From Octopus sinensis (taxonomy: Eukaryota): a stretch of 64,000 nucleotides of DNA. Positions 63,081 through 64,000 of this stretch are shown one piece after another. The translations under genes were made by a program, and so were the position numbers. The notes under the pieces are model-generated. The model worked only from the letters and a program-made list of their open reading frames with translations. It was not told where the DNA came from and did not search any database. The stretch's first letter is position 1, and the number at the start of each line of letters is the position of its first letter. The DNA is taken from assembly GCF_006345805.1 (NCBI RefSeq), contig NC_043003.1, positions 3,410,001 through 3,474,000 of the forward strand. Reading direction: 5' to 3'.

Positions 63081-64000
63081 TTAGCGTCCGCTTGCCATGC
63101 TAGCATGGGTTGGACGGTTCAACTGGGGTCTGTGAAGCCAGAAGGCTGCATCAGGCCCAGTCTGATCTGGCAGTGTTTCTACGGCTGGATGCCCTTCCTA
63201 ATGCCAACCACTCCGTGAGTGTAGTGGGTGCTTTTTACGTGTCACCGGCACGGAGGCCAGTCGGGGCAGCGCTGGCAACGGCCACGATTGGATGGTTCGC
63301 TTACTTGTCACCGGCACTGGTATCACAGCTGCAATTTCCATTGATGCTGATCGACTTCGATTTTGGTTCTGCTTTCTGATATCTGATTTGATTTGGTTTG
63401 ATTTTGATTTTGATTTTGATTTTCACTTGCCTCAACGGGTCTTCACAAGTGGAGTTTTGTGTCCCAAGAAGGACACATTGTGTAGAATTGATGGAGTTCA
63501 CCAGGACAGACTGAAACCCCAATCACCCCCCACCACACACACACACGACAGGCTTCTTTCAGTTTCCGTCTACCAAATCTCTTCACAAGGCTTTAGTTGA
63601 CTTGGGGCTATAGTAGAAGATACTTGCCTAAGGTGTCACACGGTGGGATTGAACCCAGAGACCGTATGTTTGGAAAGGAAGCTTCTTAACCACATAGTCA
63701 CACCTGTGCTTAATCAAATGGAAATTGTAGTTGACACCTGTGCCGGTAGAATGTTAAAAATACCATCCGAACATTTATTTTTCTTCTTAATTTTAGTTAA
63801 TTTTTGTTTATTTTCAGATCTGTTGTGTCTGAAAGTCATTTTCCTTTTGTGCCTTATAATTTAACACACTCACTGGTAAAATTTCCATTTAGTGTGTTAA
63901 ATTATAAAGCACAAAAAGAAAATTACTCTCCCCAGACACAACAGAATATGCTTCAACACACAAACTCACATAAAGAATCTTGCAAACCAAATCCAAAATC

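Overview
Eukaryotic, AT-rich, extremely repeat-dense animal DNA. The SINE/RTE/mariner mix and microsatellite load look like a coleoid cephalopod (octopus-like) genome; this is an inference, not a search result. There is no intact protein-coding gene, rRNA, true tRNA or CRISPR array. The only host-gene traces are on the minus strand: a 58-nt first coding exon (MTSFITKATEYYDDLLKSA, ELOVL1/7-like start) below a CpG-rich promoter-like patch at ~20.4-20.8 kb, and an orphan 123-nt exon at 8.7 kb. The rest is mobile and tandem DNA: a 5'-truncated RTE LINE with a PHD-type finger inside its RT ORF and ~20 RTE 3'-tail copies, four tRNA-derived SINE families, a (TAA)n-targeted array of R4/Dong retrotransposons, mariner/maT/hAT/Helitron relics, a 4-kb 24-bp minisatellite and a 1.25-kb tandem duplication. 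The most notable signal is a set of short Penelope-like terminal repeats with minimal type I hammerhead ribozyme cores, mostly in (TA)n/(TAA)n tracts and often paired with inverted duplications. Most long ORFs in the supplied track are microsatellite artefacts. Repeat boundaries are approximate.
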